Positions 51,165 through 62,274 of a stretch of 64,000 nucleotides of DNA are shown in pieces; the stretch's first letter is position 1; every line of letters begins with the position of its first letter. A program made the translations under genes and the position numbers. The notes beneath the pieces are model-generated. The model was not told the origin of the DNA. It made no database searches and saw only the letters and a program-made list of their open reading frames with translations. Location of the stretch: positions 9,610,001 through 9,674,000 of the forward strand of contig OU015568.1 of assembly GCA_907165135.1 (NCBI GenBank), given 5' to 3'. This DNA comes from Oikopleura dioica (taxonomy: Eukaryota > Animalia > Chordata).

Positions 51165-51656
51165 ATGGTCCTTGAAAGCGTGTGCAAACCGGAACCAGGC
51201 AAAAGGTTTTATAGTATAATTTATACAGAAGCGCTTCAGTAAAAAAACTTACATTTAAAAAATCTTGATAAGGTCTCGGCGTGTTTTTTAAAGGTCTCGG
51301 ATGTTTCTTTGGATGGTTTGGTATCGTAGCTGCATGCGTAGCTGCTTTATATTGGTGATTAAAATTGATCAAACCTCCGTTTTTTTAATATATTCCTTAA
51401 TCATGAGTAAGATTTAATCGGTGCGGTGGTACTCTGCGTTATCGAATGTAAGGACCAAAAAAACAAGGGTTTAACTTGCTGGGAGTTGTGGTTCAGAGGA
51501 ATTGAAAGAGATAATCAAGTACACAACGATCCTGAAGAGCCAATTTCTAATCCATATGATGATCCTGTTCTCATTGAATCCAAGCCTGATCAGAAGAACT
51601 CTCAAGATGATTCTCCTCCAGCTTACGAAAACATCACTGAGTCAAAAAATTTGTGA
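51165..51656 (+). CDS. Small membrane protein, family copy B (3 exons, non-canonical donors), C-terminal PPAY
   Basis: MVLESVCKPEP|GLGVFFKGLGCFFGWFGIVAACVAAL..|LIGAVVLCVIEC...SPPAYENITESKNL*. Confidence 0.62.
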
Positions 51657-51809
51657 AAAATCGATCCTACGAAAATTTCTCATCTGCGAGAGTGATTAAT
51701 AATGATTATGAAACATGTATTTGACTTCTAATAAAATTTTACCCAGATATCATGCCGCAATTTTCATACAGCGTTCATATAGCGTTCAAGAGGTTTTCAA
51801 ATTTAGAAA

Positions 51810-53184
51810 ATGGTTCTAGAGAGCGTCTGCGATCATGATAAAGGAAAAAGGTTAAATTTATAATAAATTTATTTATTAAGCCTTAAGGGTGTCCCCAACG
51901 ATTTTTTTGAAACAGGCTATACTTTGAGCTCATTTTTATAGGACTTCCTGGAGGCTTTTCGGTTAAAAGAAATATATTCATTATTATTTAGACCCTTTTC
52001 TATGCCATAAATTTGGCAGAATTTCGAAATTGTAATTATTTAATCCCCTACCGCTTCTTCAAAGAGTTCTGATTTTTCTATTCTGACCAATCTTTCAGAT
52101 CGTTTTTCTCGACTTGTACAAATTCAATTTTAAATTTCGGCCAGATCCTGATTCCCTAAACGCTTTTCTCTGCCATAAATTTGACGGATTTCGAAAATTT
52201 ATCTGTATGCATCTGATACGATGCATTATTTGAAGTAAAGATTTTGCTAAAGTTTGAACTCGATTTTAGGGGTCTTCCTGAAGTTCAATTTTTCTCATTA
52301 TTACATAGAAAATAGTTTGACCTATTGACAATCTCCCGCTACGCTCAGATTTTGCGCTGATAAGTCCCTTAATCCCCTTTTCCGGCGCCGAGATGCAGGT
52401 GTTTGCGACTTTTGGCGGACTGTTCGAAAGTGAAAAATTTGTGTTATCGTATCGATATTGGTATCATTGGATAGAGAATTTTTCAAGCTTTCAGGAAATA
52501 TATAACTCGATATATGAAATCAAAAATTTGAAAATGACACTTTTTACAGTGCATTTCTATCGAGCCGTAATGCATTAGCGCTGTCATAGAAACAGTAATA
52601 TCTCGAGAACCAGATGAGATATTCCAGATCTGAAAAAAGCTTTAGAATCAGCTTCGTTGAATAACTAAAAATAGTTTGGTCAACCGACTAAGAACATTCG
52701 AACCCGATCGTTGGGGACACCCTTAAGGCTTGTAAAAGTTTTTTTTTCATAGACATCCAGCGGTAAAAAATCTTGACTGAAGTTATCGGCACATTTTTGA
52801 TGGGTCTTGGGTGTTTCTTTGGATGGCTTGGTATTGTGACGGCCTGTTTAGTTGCTTTAGGTTTGTGATTAAAATATCATTGATATTTATATCAATCGTA
52901 TAAAATTTATACTATAAATTACGCTGTTTTTTAATCATTTGTTAGCAATAGTTCTTCAAATTCTTATTTGCCTTTTGCCCGAAGAAAAATCCCGGGAAGA
53001 TTCTGAAAACGACGATAGTGCTCAACGAGAAGATTGTTCAAGAAGATCCTACAGTGAAATAGAACCAGTTTCTTATCCATATGATTGTTCTGTTCGCAGC
53101 GAACCCCTATCTGATCAAAAGACTACTCAGGATGATGATTCTCCTCCAACTTACGATGAAGTCACTGAGTCCCAAGATTTTTGA
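51810..53184 (+). CDS. Small membrane protein, family copy C (3 exons; intron 1 is GA-AG and contains a MITE), C-terminal PPTY
   Basis: MVLESVCDHDK|VIGTFLMGLGCFFGWLGIVTACLVAL|AIVLQILICLL...SPPTYDEVTESQDF*. Confidence 0.65.
51878..52731. mobile_element. MITE (~850 bp) with perfect 25-bp inverted termini containing TTAA
   Basis: AAGCCTTAAGGGTGTCCCCAACGAT ... ATCGTTGGGGACACCCTTAAGGCTT. Absent from the homologous 74-bp intron of copy B. Confidence 0.85.
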
Positions 53185-53371
53185 AAACTTTTGTCATATT
53201 TCTTGAATACGATTCCTACAATTATCCTACGAAAATTTTTAATCTGCTGCAGTAATAAATATCGACCAAAAAGCACATGTTTGATCTCTAATAATTTCTT
53301 GCAGTCAGGAAGCGTACGAATCCGCTTTGTTATCAAGAAGAGAATTCAGAAGAAAATCAAAAGAAAAATAG

Positions 53372-53491
53372 GACTTTGTCACTTTGATCTACCACAAAGA
53401 ATCGGAATTGCCTAATGAAGAGTCGCCTCCAGCTTACGACGAAGTAACTGATTCAGTTACTACAGTTACTGATTCTGTTCATATTCCCTGA
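53372..53491 (+). pseudogene. Orphan last-exon copy of the small membrane family (PPAY); partial duplicate or alternative exon
   Basis: aaatag|DFVTLIYHKESELPNEESPPAYDEVTDS...*; the upstream spacer repeats the catgt.tttga..tctaataa block that follows each other copy. Confidence 0.4.
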
Positions 53492-54644
53492 CCACCATCA
53501 ATTTCAAAAATAATGCGACCGCAAATTACAGTTCCCGCGCTGTTCTCATCCAAGCGATAAGAAAGAAATCAAACTGGAAATTTGTTGAATGTGAAAATTT
53601 GAAAATATATCAATGTCGCCCCCATTTTCTCAAGAAAATCGCCAAATCCTCACTTTTGACAACGTTTATCCCCAGCGAGCCCAGCTTGGCGGACTTGAAC
53701 AGTCAGATTTGCGCAGATTTTATTAGGACTTTGAGCTGGCTAAGTTGGTTTCCGCCGTCGCAGTCCAACGCTTAAACATTTGCATAAACATATTATCAGA
53801 AGAGTCATTTCTGCTAAACTTTTCGTTCTGCCCAAATCATAAATAATTAATCACCGTAATAATTGATCAAAAAAGGGTTGACTTCAGAGAAAATAGAGTT
53901 ATGAAAATTTTGACAAGGTGCTCACGGCCAAAAAGTCTTAGCGCGACTTTATAATGCAGGAGAATGAAATGTTTACTTCTTCCCGAGTTGTGAATTTTGC
54001 GAAAAAACTGATGCAGACGTAACAACCTCACTAGCTACATTGTACTATTTTAAGCATTCGTTCCGGAATTTGAGTTTACCGCTGGCATTCTTATTTGAGA
54101 AGGCTTTCTATTCCACAAATATTTTTTCATAATTTCTAAATCTAACCGCTTCAAAAGATGTCTAGTAATCATGAAATCAACCCAAAGCCAATTAACATTG
54201 ATAAAGTCAAGGAATTTTTGGATAAAGAGGTCATTTTTTCAATGAAGAGTTTAAATTCTTCAGAAAATAAATTTTCAATCTAAATTTTCGGATTATCCTG
54301 AAGACTTTTTAGTTGAGGCTTCCGTTTCCGGGAAGGATGACAGAATTCACCTATCTACAGTATCTTTTTAGTATCTTTCAGAAACTATCGTTTTTATGTT
54401 ATTATGAAGCAAGGATGTTTTACGACAACTAAGTTCGATTGGGAACTGCTGCCTAATTTGCTTATGTTAGGCGATCAGCATTGCATGGTTGTGAAGTGAA
54501 ATTATTCAAATCGCGCGTGGTGTTCGCAGCATGTGGCAGTTTAAAAGTTGACAGTTCCCGTAAATAGAGGGCGCCGTTTGGAGCAAGCACCATGTGCCGG
54601 CCATAAATCGCGACCGCTTCATTCTCCAGTTAGTCAGACCAGCG

Positions 54645-55343
54645 ATGAAGTTGGTACTGCTCATTTTGGCAGCCCTTGCTTCGGCCAAATCGAAACGATC
54701 ACCTATCAATAGGTAAAGGATAAGAGAAAGAACTTTTTTTTGAAGACTTTGAAAGAGAAAAAAGCTTGAAAATTAGAAACAAAAAAAAAAGAATTTCAAA
54801 CTTTTCTGGTTTTCATGACTGATTCGTTTCTACAGTTAGAAATGAAACACTGTTTTATTTCTTAATTCAGATTGAACAAAATCAAAAAGCAAGCCTTCGC
54901 CTTCCTTGATGGAACATTCAAGCAGCGCGTGGCCGAACATTGGAAGCCGAAATTTGAACGATTTATTGAAGGAACGAAGCGTCGGGCGATCAAATGTGGT
55001 ATTCCCGCTGGAAGAACTAAACGTATGAAAATTTTCTTCTTTCGCCATTTTGATATTTTTAGGCGGAGTTGACGAGATGCTGATGCCAATTTTGAGCAGG
55101 ACCAGACGAGCACCGCCAAAGAGTGCAGCTGAAAGACGCATCAAATCGTTGTCCAATTCCGCTAGTCGCTGGGAGAAGCGATATTTGAAGGTTTGTGCTT
55201 ATGTCAATCTACGAGAAATCTAACTGAATGAAAAGGATTGCAAACGAAATCGAACGAGAGAACAAACTAAGCGCGGCCAAACCTTTTACGCTCGTCTTCG
55301 TGAACGTCTTGTGACTCACAAAAAAGCTCCGGCATCCGAGTAA
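54645..55343 (+). CDS. Secreted, highly basic ~150-aa protein with two cysteines (4 exons), unknown family
   Basis: MKLVLLILAALASAKSKRSPINR|LNKIKKQAF..HWKPKFERF..IKCGIPAGRTK|RGVDE..SRWEKRYLK|DCKRNR..PASE*; all introns GT-AG. Confidence 0.75.
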
Positions 55344-55767
55344 ACAGGTTTGTTTCAAGCAACTGAAATCAAAGATCAAAGCGTATTTTAGAAACAGCCC
55401 TACGTACCTTGAAAGAAAGAAGAAATAGCTTTGGAAATCAGGAAAAGGTCATCAGAAGATTTAAGCCGGGGATGTATTTGACCTTTGTGATGACCTTGAA
55501 TCGGCAGAATTGGAAAGAGAGATAGACACAAGAAAATGAAAGCTCCAACTAAAAATTCAAGCGAGGTCTGGCACGGCCTGTCCACCTCCAGAATGAAACT
55601 TCTGCGTTTTCATTTTCCCATCTGGCCTTTTTCATGTTATTTCAAGTTCCTCTGATTTTGACGGATTTATTTCTCATCTGTTTTCTTGCTTTTGTTCATC
55701 TTCGCCCTACCTGCCGCTTGAAGCTTTTAACATCCTTTTTTCTAGCTGTAAATTATCTTCATGCATG

Positions 55768-57732
55768 TCAATAATTAAATTTTATAAACAAAATTATTTG
55801 CTCGATAAATATGTACCGACTTACTTGATAGAAAAACTTACATTGAGCGAGAACTGTGGTAGTCGTTATAGTAGTGGTAGTAGTAGTCGTTGTTGTTGTC
55901 AATTCTTCTTCAATCTTCTTGTCTACTTCAGATGTGATCCAATCAACGTAGTTCGCAACTCGAGCGTAAACACCAGGAGCTCCCGGTCGGGCGCATCCAT
56001 TTCCCCAGCTTACTACTCCTCGGAGAACTGGTTGGTTGTTTTCGATGCAAAGAAGTGGACCACCAGAATCGCCCTGGCAAGTATCCGCTCCGCCATGCAT
56101 GTATCCAGCGCAAAGCATCTGATTCTTCAATCCGGATAAAAATCCATCGTATGCATTGACACCGTTGCAAGTATTGTGTGGGACGATCGGAACACTGAGT
56201 TCTTGAAGAACACTGCTCGTAGTTCCACCTTCAACGATGCGACCCCAGCCAGCGACGTAGCAACGTTTATTGTCCGGGACGGTGTTGGTGCCAAAGACAT
56301 TTAGTGGAGAAGGCAAGCAGATATGTTTCGCCTTGTGTTCGGTGTTTATGGGGTCCTTGACATAAAGCAAGCAGACGTCGTTAAGCATCATTGAGTTATC
56401 GAATTCAGGGTGGCGGACAATATAGTCGGGGACACGAGTGACTGAATGCTCAGGCTTATTCAGGTCATGAATATTGTAGGTGAATGAGTAGGCATCCTTG
56501 TTAAATTGAGCTGCATGGTCGGTTGTGGGGCAGCAGTGACCAGCGGTAAGCACCCAGTTTTCGTTAAGAATTGATCCAGCGCAGCCGTATTTCATTTTTA
56601 CGATCCATTTCCACGAGTTCGACTGAGCTTCGTAGCCACCGACGATTCTGTTTTTATTAAAATTTTGGGATGAGCAGAAGAGATCTTCAGCCAAAGGAGA
56701 GATGGAAGCATCTGAGTGAGTCGTGGTCGTTGTTGTCGTGGTCGTTGTTGGAGCTGCTGTTGTTGGTGGTTTGGTTGTTGCTTTTGTCGTTGTCTTCTTC
56801 GTTGTTGTAGTAGTCGTTGTTGTTGTAGTTGTGGTCGACTCCGGAGCTTTGGTAGAATGAACAGGGAGAGTAACAGGAGATTCAGCTCTCTTCGAAATCT
56901 CGCTAATAATCCACTGTCTGTAAGTCGAAGTTCGAGCATAAACACCAGGGCTATTTTCCCTCGCGCAACCGATTCCCCAGCTGACAACACCCCGCAGAAT
57001 TGGCTGATCATTTTCAATACAGATCATTGGTCCACCCGAGTCGCCCTGGCAAGCGTCTTTTCCCCCTTCCAAAAAACCGGCGCACATCATTTCTCTTTTG
57101 TAAATTTGGCCATCGTAGATTGGTTTTGAGTTGCACGTTTCATGATCAATGACTGGAATCATCAATTCCATGAGAACTTGTGAAACATCTCCACCTTCGC
57201 TGAGCCGGCCCCAGCCAGCGACAAAACATGGAGTTCCTGCAGCAGGAATTCGATCGGGAGAGTAGCTGGATGGCAAGCAAACTGGGGACGCTTTCTCGCT
57301 GAAGATCATGGGCGTTTTTGTGTAAAGAAGACAGACGTCGTTTTTCAAAGTAGCTCCATCATACAGGGGATGTCGAACAATCTCATCAGGGATGACGACG
57401 ATCTCCTCTTCGCCCTTGTTCAAGTCGAAAGCGTTGTAGCGGTATTTTAAATAGCGAGTGGAAGTTGAAAAACAACAATGACCAGCAGTAAGGACCCAGT
57501 TTGGATGAATGATGGATCCGCCGCATCCAAGATCAATCTTTACAATCCACTTCCAACTAAAAGGATCGGCTACAGTACCTCCTACGATGCCACCGACAAT
57601 ATCAGTATTGAACTCTTCTTTGCGGAAAGATGTTCCTTCAATCGGGTCGTAGCAGAAAAGCTGATTGTCGATCAAACCCGCACTCACTGCCGCATTGGCA
57701 ATGAAGCCGAGAAAGAACACCCCTCTCTTCAT
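55768..57732 (-). CDS. Secreted tandem two-domain trypsin-like serine protease (S1A) with Thr-rich linker; short extra 3' exon(s) likely
   Basis: Two full triads (LTAGHC / NDVCLL / GDSGGP), Asp at the S1 pocket in both, IVGG starts, signal peptide. A donor gtaagt follows VLAQ. Confidence 0.93.
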   Translation of the reverse strand: MKRGVFFLGFIANAAVSAGLIDNQLFCYDPIEGTSFRKEEFNTDIVGGIVGGTVADPFSWKWIVKIDLGCGGSIIHPNWVLTAGHCCFSTSTRYLKYRYNAFDLNKGEEEIVVIPDEIVRHPLYDGATLKNDVCLLYTKTPMIFSEKASPVCLPSSYSPDRIPAAGTPCFVAGWGRLSEGGDVSQVLMELMIPVIDHETCNSKPIYDGQIYKREMMCAGFLEGGKDACQGDSGGPMICIENDQPILRGVVSWGIGCARENSPGVYARTSTYRQWIISEISKRAESPVTLPVHSTKAPESTTTTTTTTTTTTKKTTTKATTKPPTTAAPTTTTTTTTTTHSDASISPLAEDLFCSSQNFNKNRIVGGYEAQSNSWKWIVKMKYGCAGSILNENWVLTAGHCCPTTDHAAQFNKDAYSFTYNIHDLNKPEHSVTRVPDYIVRHPEFDNSMMLNDVCLLYVKDPINTEHKAKHICLPSPLNVFGTNTVPDNKRCYVAGWGRIVEGGTTSSVLQELSVPIVPHNTCNGVNAYDGFLSGLKNQMLCAGYMHGGADTCQGDSGGPLLCIENNQPVLRGVVSWGNGCARPGAPGVYARVANYVDWITSEVDKKIEEELTTTTTTTTTTITTTTVLAQCKFFYQVSRYIFIEQIILFIKFNY

Positions 57733-57871
57733 TAGTTTCTCTGATTCTCTCTCTGACGCTTATCCTTACGACTTGTCCGATCAGCTTTCTCGGAGATATA
57801 ATCTTTTCACCCAGCGCGATATCATTATTTATACGCTCAGATAACTACTATTTAAGATAGACAAATCCTTT

Positions 57872-58406
57872 TTATTTCGAAAGCCGTTTTCGCAGAATTT
57901 CTATAAGATTTTCAATAGCACTTGGTCCAGGAATACCATGCTCGACGGAATCATGATGAAGCTTGCCGTCGAGATAGATGTCAAATTTTCCTCGGTTGGA
58001 GCTCTCGCTTGTTTTGGTCATCAAAATAAGATCGATTCTAAAAATCTATAAAGATAATTATTTCAAGAGAGTTTTACTTTTCTTCGAATTCCATTTCTAG
58101 CCGTTCTACAAGCATGTTGTATCGCTCATTTCCCGATAAGCTGCCTGAGCTTTGCCGGTGGTGGTAGCTACAATAATTGAATAAGCCGAATATCAAATAG
58201 TTTCAACCTTTTTTCCTTAAAATTTTTGGTCCAGCTCCCGTTTTTTCGTACCTGTCGCAATAATCAATCTTCAACGAAGTCTTTTCAGGCTCTTTCTTCG
58301 GAGTTTTAGCCGATTCTGGTTTTTTGATGATGGTTTTTGTAATTGTTTTTTGTGGAGTAAAAGTTCTCTTGTAGTTTGTTCCCGGAGCAGTTTGACAAAG
58401 ATCCAT
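57872..58406 (-). CDS. SelW/Rdx-family thioredoxin-like protein with Lys/Thr-rich N-terminal extension
   Basis: SLKIDYCD|..ERYNMLVERLEMEFEEK|IDL..RGKFDIYLDGKLHHDS..GIPG..LIEILRK* aligns by eye with SelW (VVYCGAUGY..KYLQLKKKLEDEF..GFFEVMVAGKLIHSK). Confidence 0.7.
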
Positions 58407-58639
58407 CTTTATTTATTTAACTTTGTATAAAAAAAAATTTGCCAAAGTTTCGCAACTCGATTTGTAAATCTCCCTGAGACGTGTTCACAGGTGCTTATTG
58501 GCTCTCTAGGTGCATCATGACCAGTACATATACAGTATATGATATACTTTGGGACTTTGGAAATCAGCTTATCTTTATTTCTGTCGAGGCAATAATTCAA
58601 AGAAGAAAGCAGTTAAATATGTATATTTCCGATCGGCTT

Positions 58640-61600
58640 TCATGGTGATTTAAAAAGTTTGTTGGACCAGTATAATCGTGGTAGTCGGATAACAGCAGCA
58701 TCAGCGGAGCCTCTCGCAAGACCCATCTCGCCTTCTTCGCCCCACTCATCTTTTTCATAGTCATAAGAAGCTACGACATCGAGAGATTCTAAAATAATAA
58801 GTAATTATTATCCGAAAGAAACTTAAATTTTCAAACCTGTATCGTTCTCCCATCCGCCAACCATGAAAATCTTTTTGTCAGCCATTCCACAAGCCGACAT
58901 ATACTGAATTCTCGGCGCAGTCATCAATTCAAGCCAGGTGTTGAATTTCGTGTTGTAAACCTGCGAAATTCAATAAGCGTCAAATATGATTCCAACGATT
59001 TACCTCGACTCCAGCGCGAGTTTGCTCTTGTCCGCCAACAACGAAGACTTTGAATCCGTGCGAAATCATTGTGTGCGAATCGCGAGGATTGTTCATTGGC
59101 GCACGTTCCATCCATCGATCAAAATCTGGGTTGTATTCGAAGACGTCCTCGATTCCAGTCTCGCGAGTGGATGTGATACCTCCGGAAACCATGATCTAAA
59201 AGCCTTTTATTACCCATCATTACCAACCATAGTCTACCTTTCCAGCTTGTGTAATACAAGCTGCATGTCTGAAGAGCGACTCATTCAATGGCGCAGTAAA
59301 TTCCCACTCTTCCGTCATCATTTCGAACCGCTCCATAGATCTAGTGTAGCCAGCTGGAGTCAATCCACCAAGGGCAAAGAGATATTCTCCAAGAGCAACG
59401 AGCTGAAAACACGCTCTTGGGGTCTTCATCGATGGCAGTTTCTTCCAAGTCCCGTCAGTAAGATCGAGTCGCCAGACTTCATCGATGATGACTGAGAAGC
59501 TGTCGAAACCGCCGGCGATGTAAAGACAGGGACCAACAACAACACATTGATGCAAGCATAGTTTTTCTGGCATGCGGGCGATTGTGTTTGTTGTAAAGGT
59601 CTAAAACGGAGGTTATATATTTGTAATCGTTTATATTTTCACTTGCCTTAGGGTGGAGCGCTACAACTGAGTTATCATAAACATGGTGATCCTCGCCGTC
59701 GTAAATTCCTCCTTTGAACTCGTCAATGATGGGGACAGACCCGCCAGTAATGACTAGTGATTCTGCACCACGCATGTTTCCACAGGGAACGCAGTTGTTT
59801 TTCTTGTTTTTGATGACTTGTGCGACGGCTTCGGTAACCTTGGCTGAACCGATGACCATGATGTCCTTGGAAATCACTTCTTCGAGATCTGCTAGGGTCA
59901 TCAAGTCAAACCGAATTGCTATTAACATTTTAAAAAGGGCGATTCAAATGATCAAAACCTTTGGTAGCAACTTCAGCGAAGTCATCAGCTCTTTCATCCG
60001 CGTTCACATCCGCCCATCGTTTGACAAGGTTGAAAAGGTTGACTTCTCCCTTTGAAGCGGGAAATTCCACCTCAATGTCATTATCCTGAATGTAGTCAGT
60101 AAGCCAATCGATTGGCAGTTCTTTGAAGGCATCGGTCTTGGCAACAGAGATGAAATTTTTCAGAGTGTAGGATCGAGCACGCTCGGTCAAAGATGCGATC
60201 TCGTGATTTGAACCAAGAAGTTGAAGCTCGATACAGTTTTCGGGACGAATTCGGCTGATCAGCCAGTCAATCAAAATATCCTACCGAAAATAATTTTTTG
60301 TTCTTTAAAGATTTCCTACCGAAAGTCGTTTGATATCAAGTTCCGTGCAAAGAATAAGCATCTCCCGAGCAATCGTCTGAGTCAAATTAGAAATTGTTCC
60401 CGTGTACAAAAAGTTGATGATCTTTTCAAAGAGCTCTTTCGATGCTCCGGAAGTCAGGTCGAGATCAACAACGTCATCTTCGATTTGTTTCTTGAAGAAG
60501 CCAGAGACGGACGCAAGGATGAATCTATGCGCGAGAACATTGTCGAAATGAGACCAGCTCAAGTCGGACTTTGTTTCTGTGTCAGTTTGAAGGGTTTTCT
60601 GCTGTCGCCACTGGGCGGTGAGTGCAAGATGGATGAATTGAGCTGCTTCTTTGTGGTTTCTAGAGACCTTTGAAGATGAAAACGAGACGATAAACAGTAC
60701 CTGTGTTTGTATCGAATGCCAGAAATATCGGACTCTTCGTCTTTATCAGGCCCGAGCATCTTATCATACTCTTCGCAGCCTGTAATAATGAGCGGAAGTG
60801 AGAATTCCGTCGCCAGATCCATCAGATCTGATCGGTTCCGTTTCGAGATCAAAAGCTCGCCAGTGTAAAAGAAGTTAATAAGAGCAGGAATCGAAGGAAG
60901 ATCACCAAGATCGGGGAAAGCTGTGAAGCTACTTTCCTCCTTTTTAGTTGTTTCTTCGTAAGTTGGTGGAAGATCATCTGAAAATTTTTAGAAAATAGAA
61001 AAATTCAATAATTAATTTACCTGGTCCATCATTTTCCATTTGAAATTTGGCCGCTGCGATGACTTCTGCTTCTTTTTTCTCGATCGACATTTCTGTACTG
61101 TCTGTATCTTTCCCATCGTTATCGGATTTCTTTAATTCATCAGTTTCTACTTTGACAGAGTCTTCTGTAGGTGGAGCTTCTAGTGTCACGAGGGACTCTT
61201 CTGGTTTTGATTCATCTTCTTTCTTTTCTTCTGCTTCCTCCGATTTTTCAGTGATTTCCAAAACAGCAGCAGCTTTTTCCTCGATTTCTTCAACACTTAT
61301 ATCAGGCTTTGCGGTTCGATCGACTGCTGGTGGCTCGGAGGGATGACTTTCTTCGAGATCTCCTGTATCAACCAGCTTTTCTTCCTCTTCATATCCTTCC
61401 GGCGGCGCTTGAACCTGGTCCATCTTTTTCTTAACCGGCTCTGGCTCCGGATGATCAGCCATCAGATCTTCTAGAACCTTTAGTTTCTCCTGCAAGTCTC
61501 TCAGATTCTTCTCTGCAAAAGCTCTGTTTTCCTGCGAGTCTTCGTATTTTGGCGGAGCTTCTGGATCGGTTGTTTCTTCATCTTTTTCTGGCTCTGGTTT

Positions 61601-61951
61601 GATTCGTTCTTCGTCGCTTAGTTTGGATACGAAGTTGACGGCCTTATTGAGAAGAGTTTCGCCTCCAATGGCGAGAATGACTTGGGAATGAGCATCGCCG
61701 TATTTGCCGAAGTCAATATCTGTTGCTATTCTAGCGTCGCGACAAATTCTAAGCTCTTCCTAAAACATATCAGAATAGAATCAAACTTCTCATTTTTTCT
61801 ATACCTGAAGCTCATTTGGCCAACCTTCATAAGTCAGTTCTTCACCTCTTTGGCCACCCAGTCTTCGTCTGACCTTCAAAATTCCCGTAAATCTCTTCTA
61901 CAAATCTCTAAAATGAAAGCTTACCGCACTGAATAAGCCAGTAATCGGCAT
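58640..61951 (-). CDS. Kelch-like protein (split BTB + BTB + BACK + kelch repeats), multi-exon
   Basis: VLAHRFILASVSGFF..KIINFLYTG (BTB), ENCIEL..AFKELPIDWL..LFNLVKRW (BACK), kelch GG motifs (LYIAGGFD, LFALGGLT, VFVVGGQ, IFMVGGW). Confidence 0.9.
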
Positions 61952-62274
61952 CGTAGCAACTCAAAAATTGAGTTTCCAAGGAATTTCTTCAACGCCGTGT
62001 TTTCAGATAAGCGTCGATGGGGATTGCACCAAGCATCGGTACTCCACCACTACCTGGGGGCGAAAGAGGGCACTAACGCTCGCCAATCGCTGCTCGCGCG
62101 TATTTTTTCGGGAAAATTGTTTTATCAGTCCTTTACGAGCTGGGACTTGATCAGATTAGAAAGGGTGCGAAAAGGGGGAGTTCAAGCGCTTTATTGGACT
62201 CTTTTATCTGATTATTAGCTTCTTGAGAAGGTTGTTGTCAATAAGTTTCTAGGGCTAAACGTTTATTCACACGA

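Noticed and set aside
57780-57825. Possible SECIS after the Rdx gene (ATGAT..AAAA..TGAT)
   Set aside because: Spacing is plausible but helix II pairs poorly next to the quartet; not supportable by eye.
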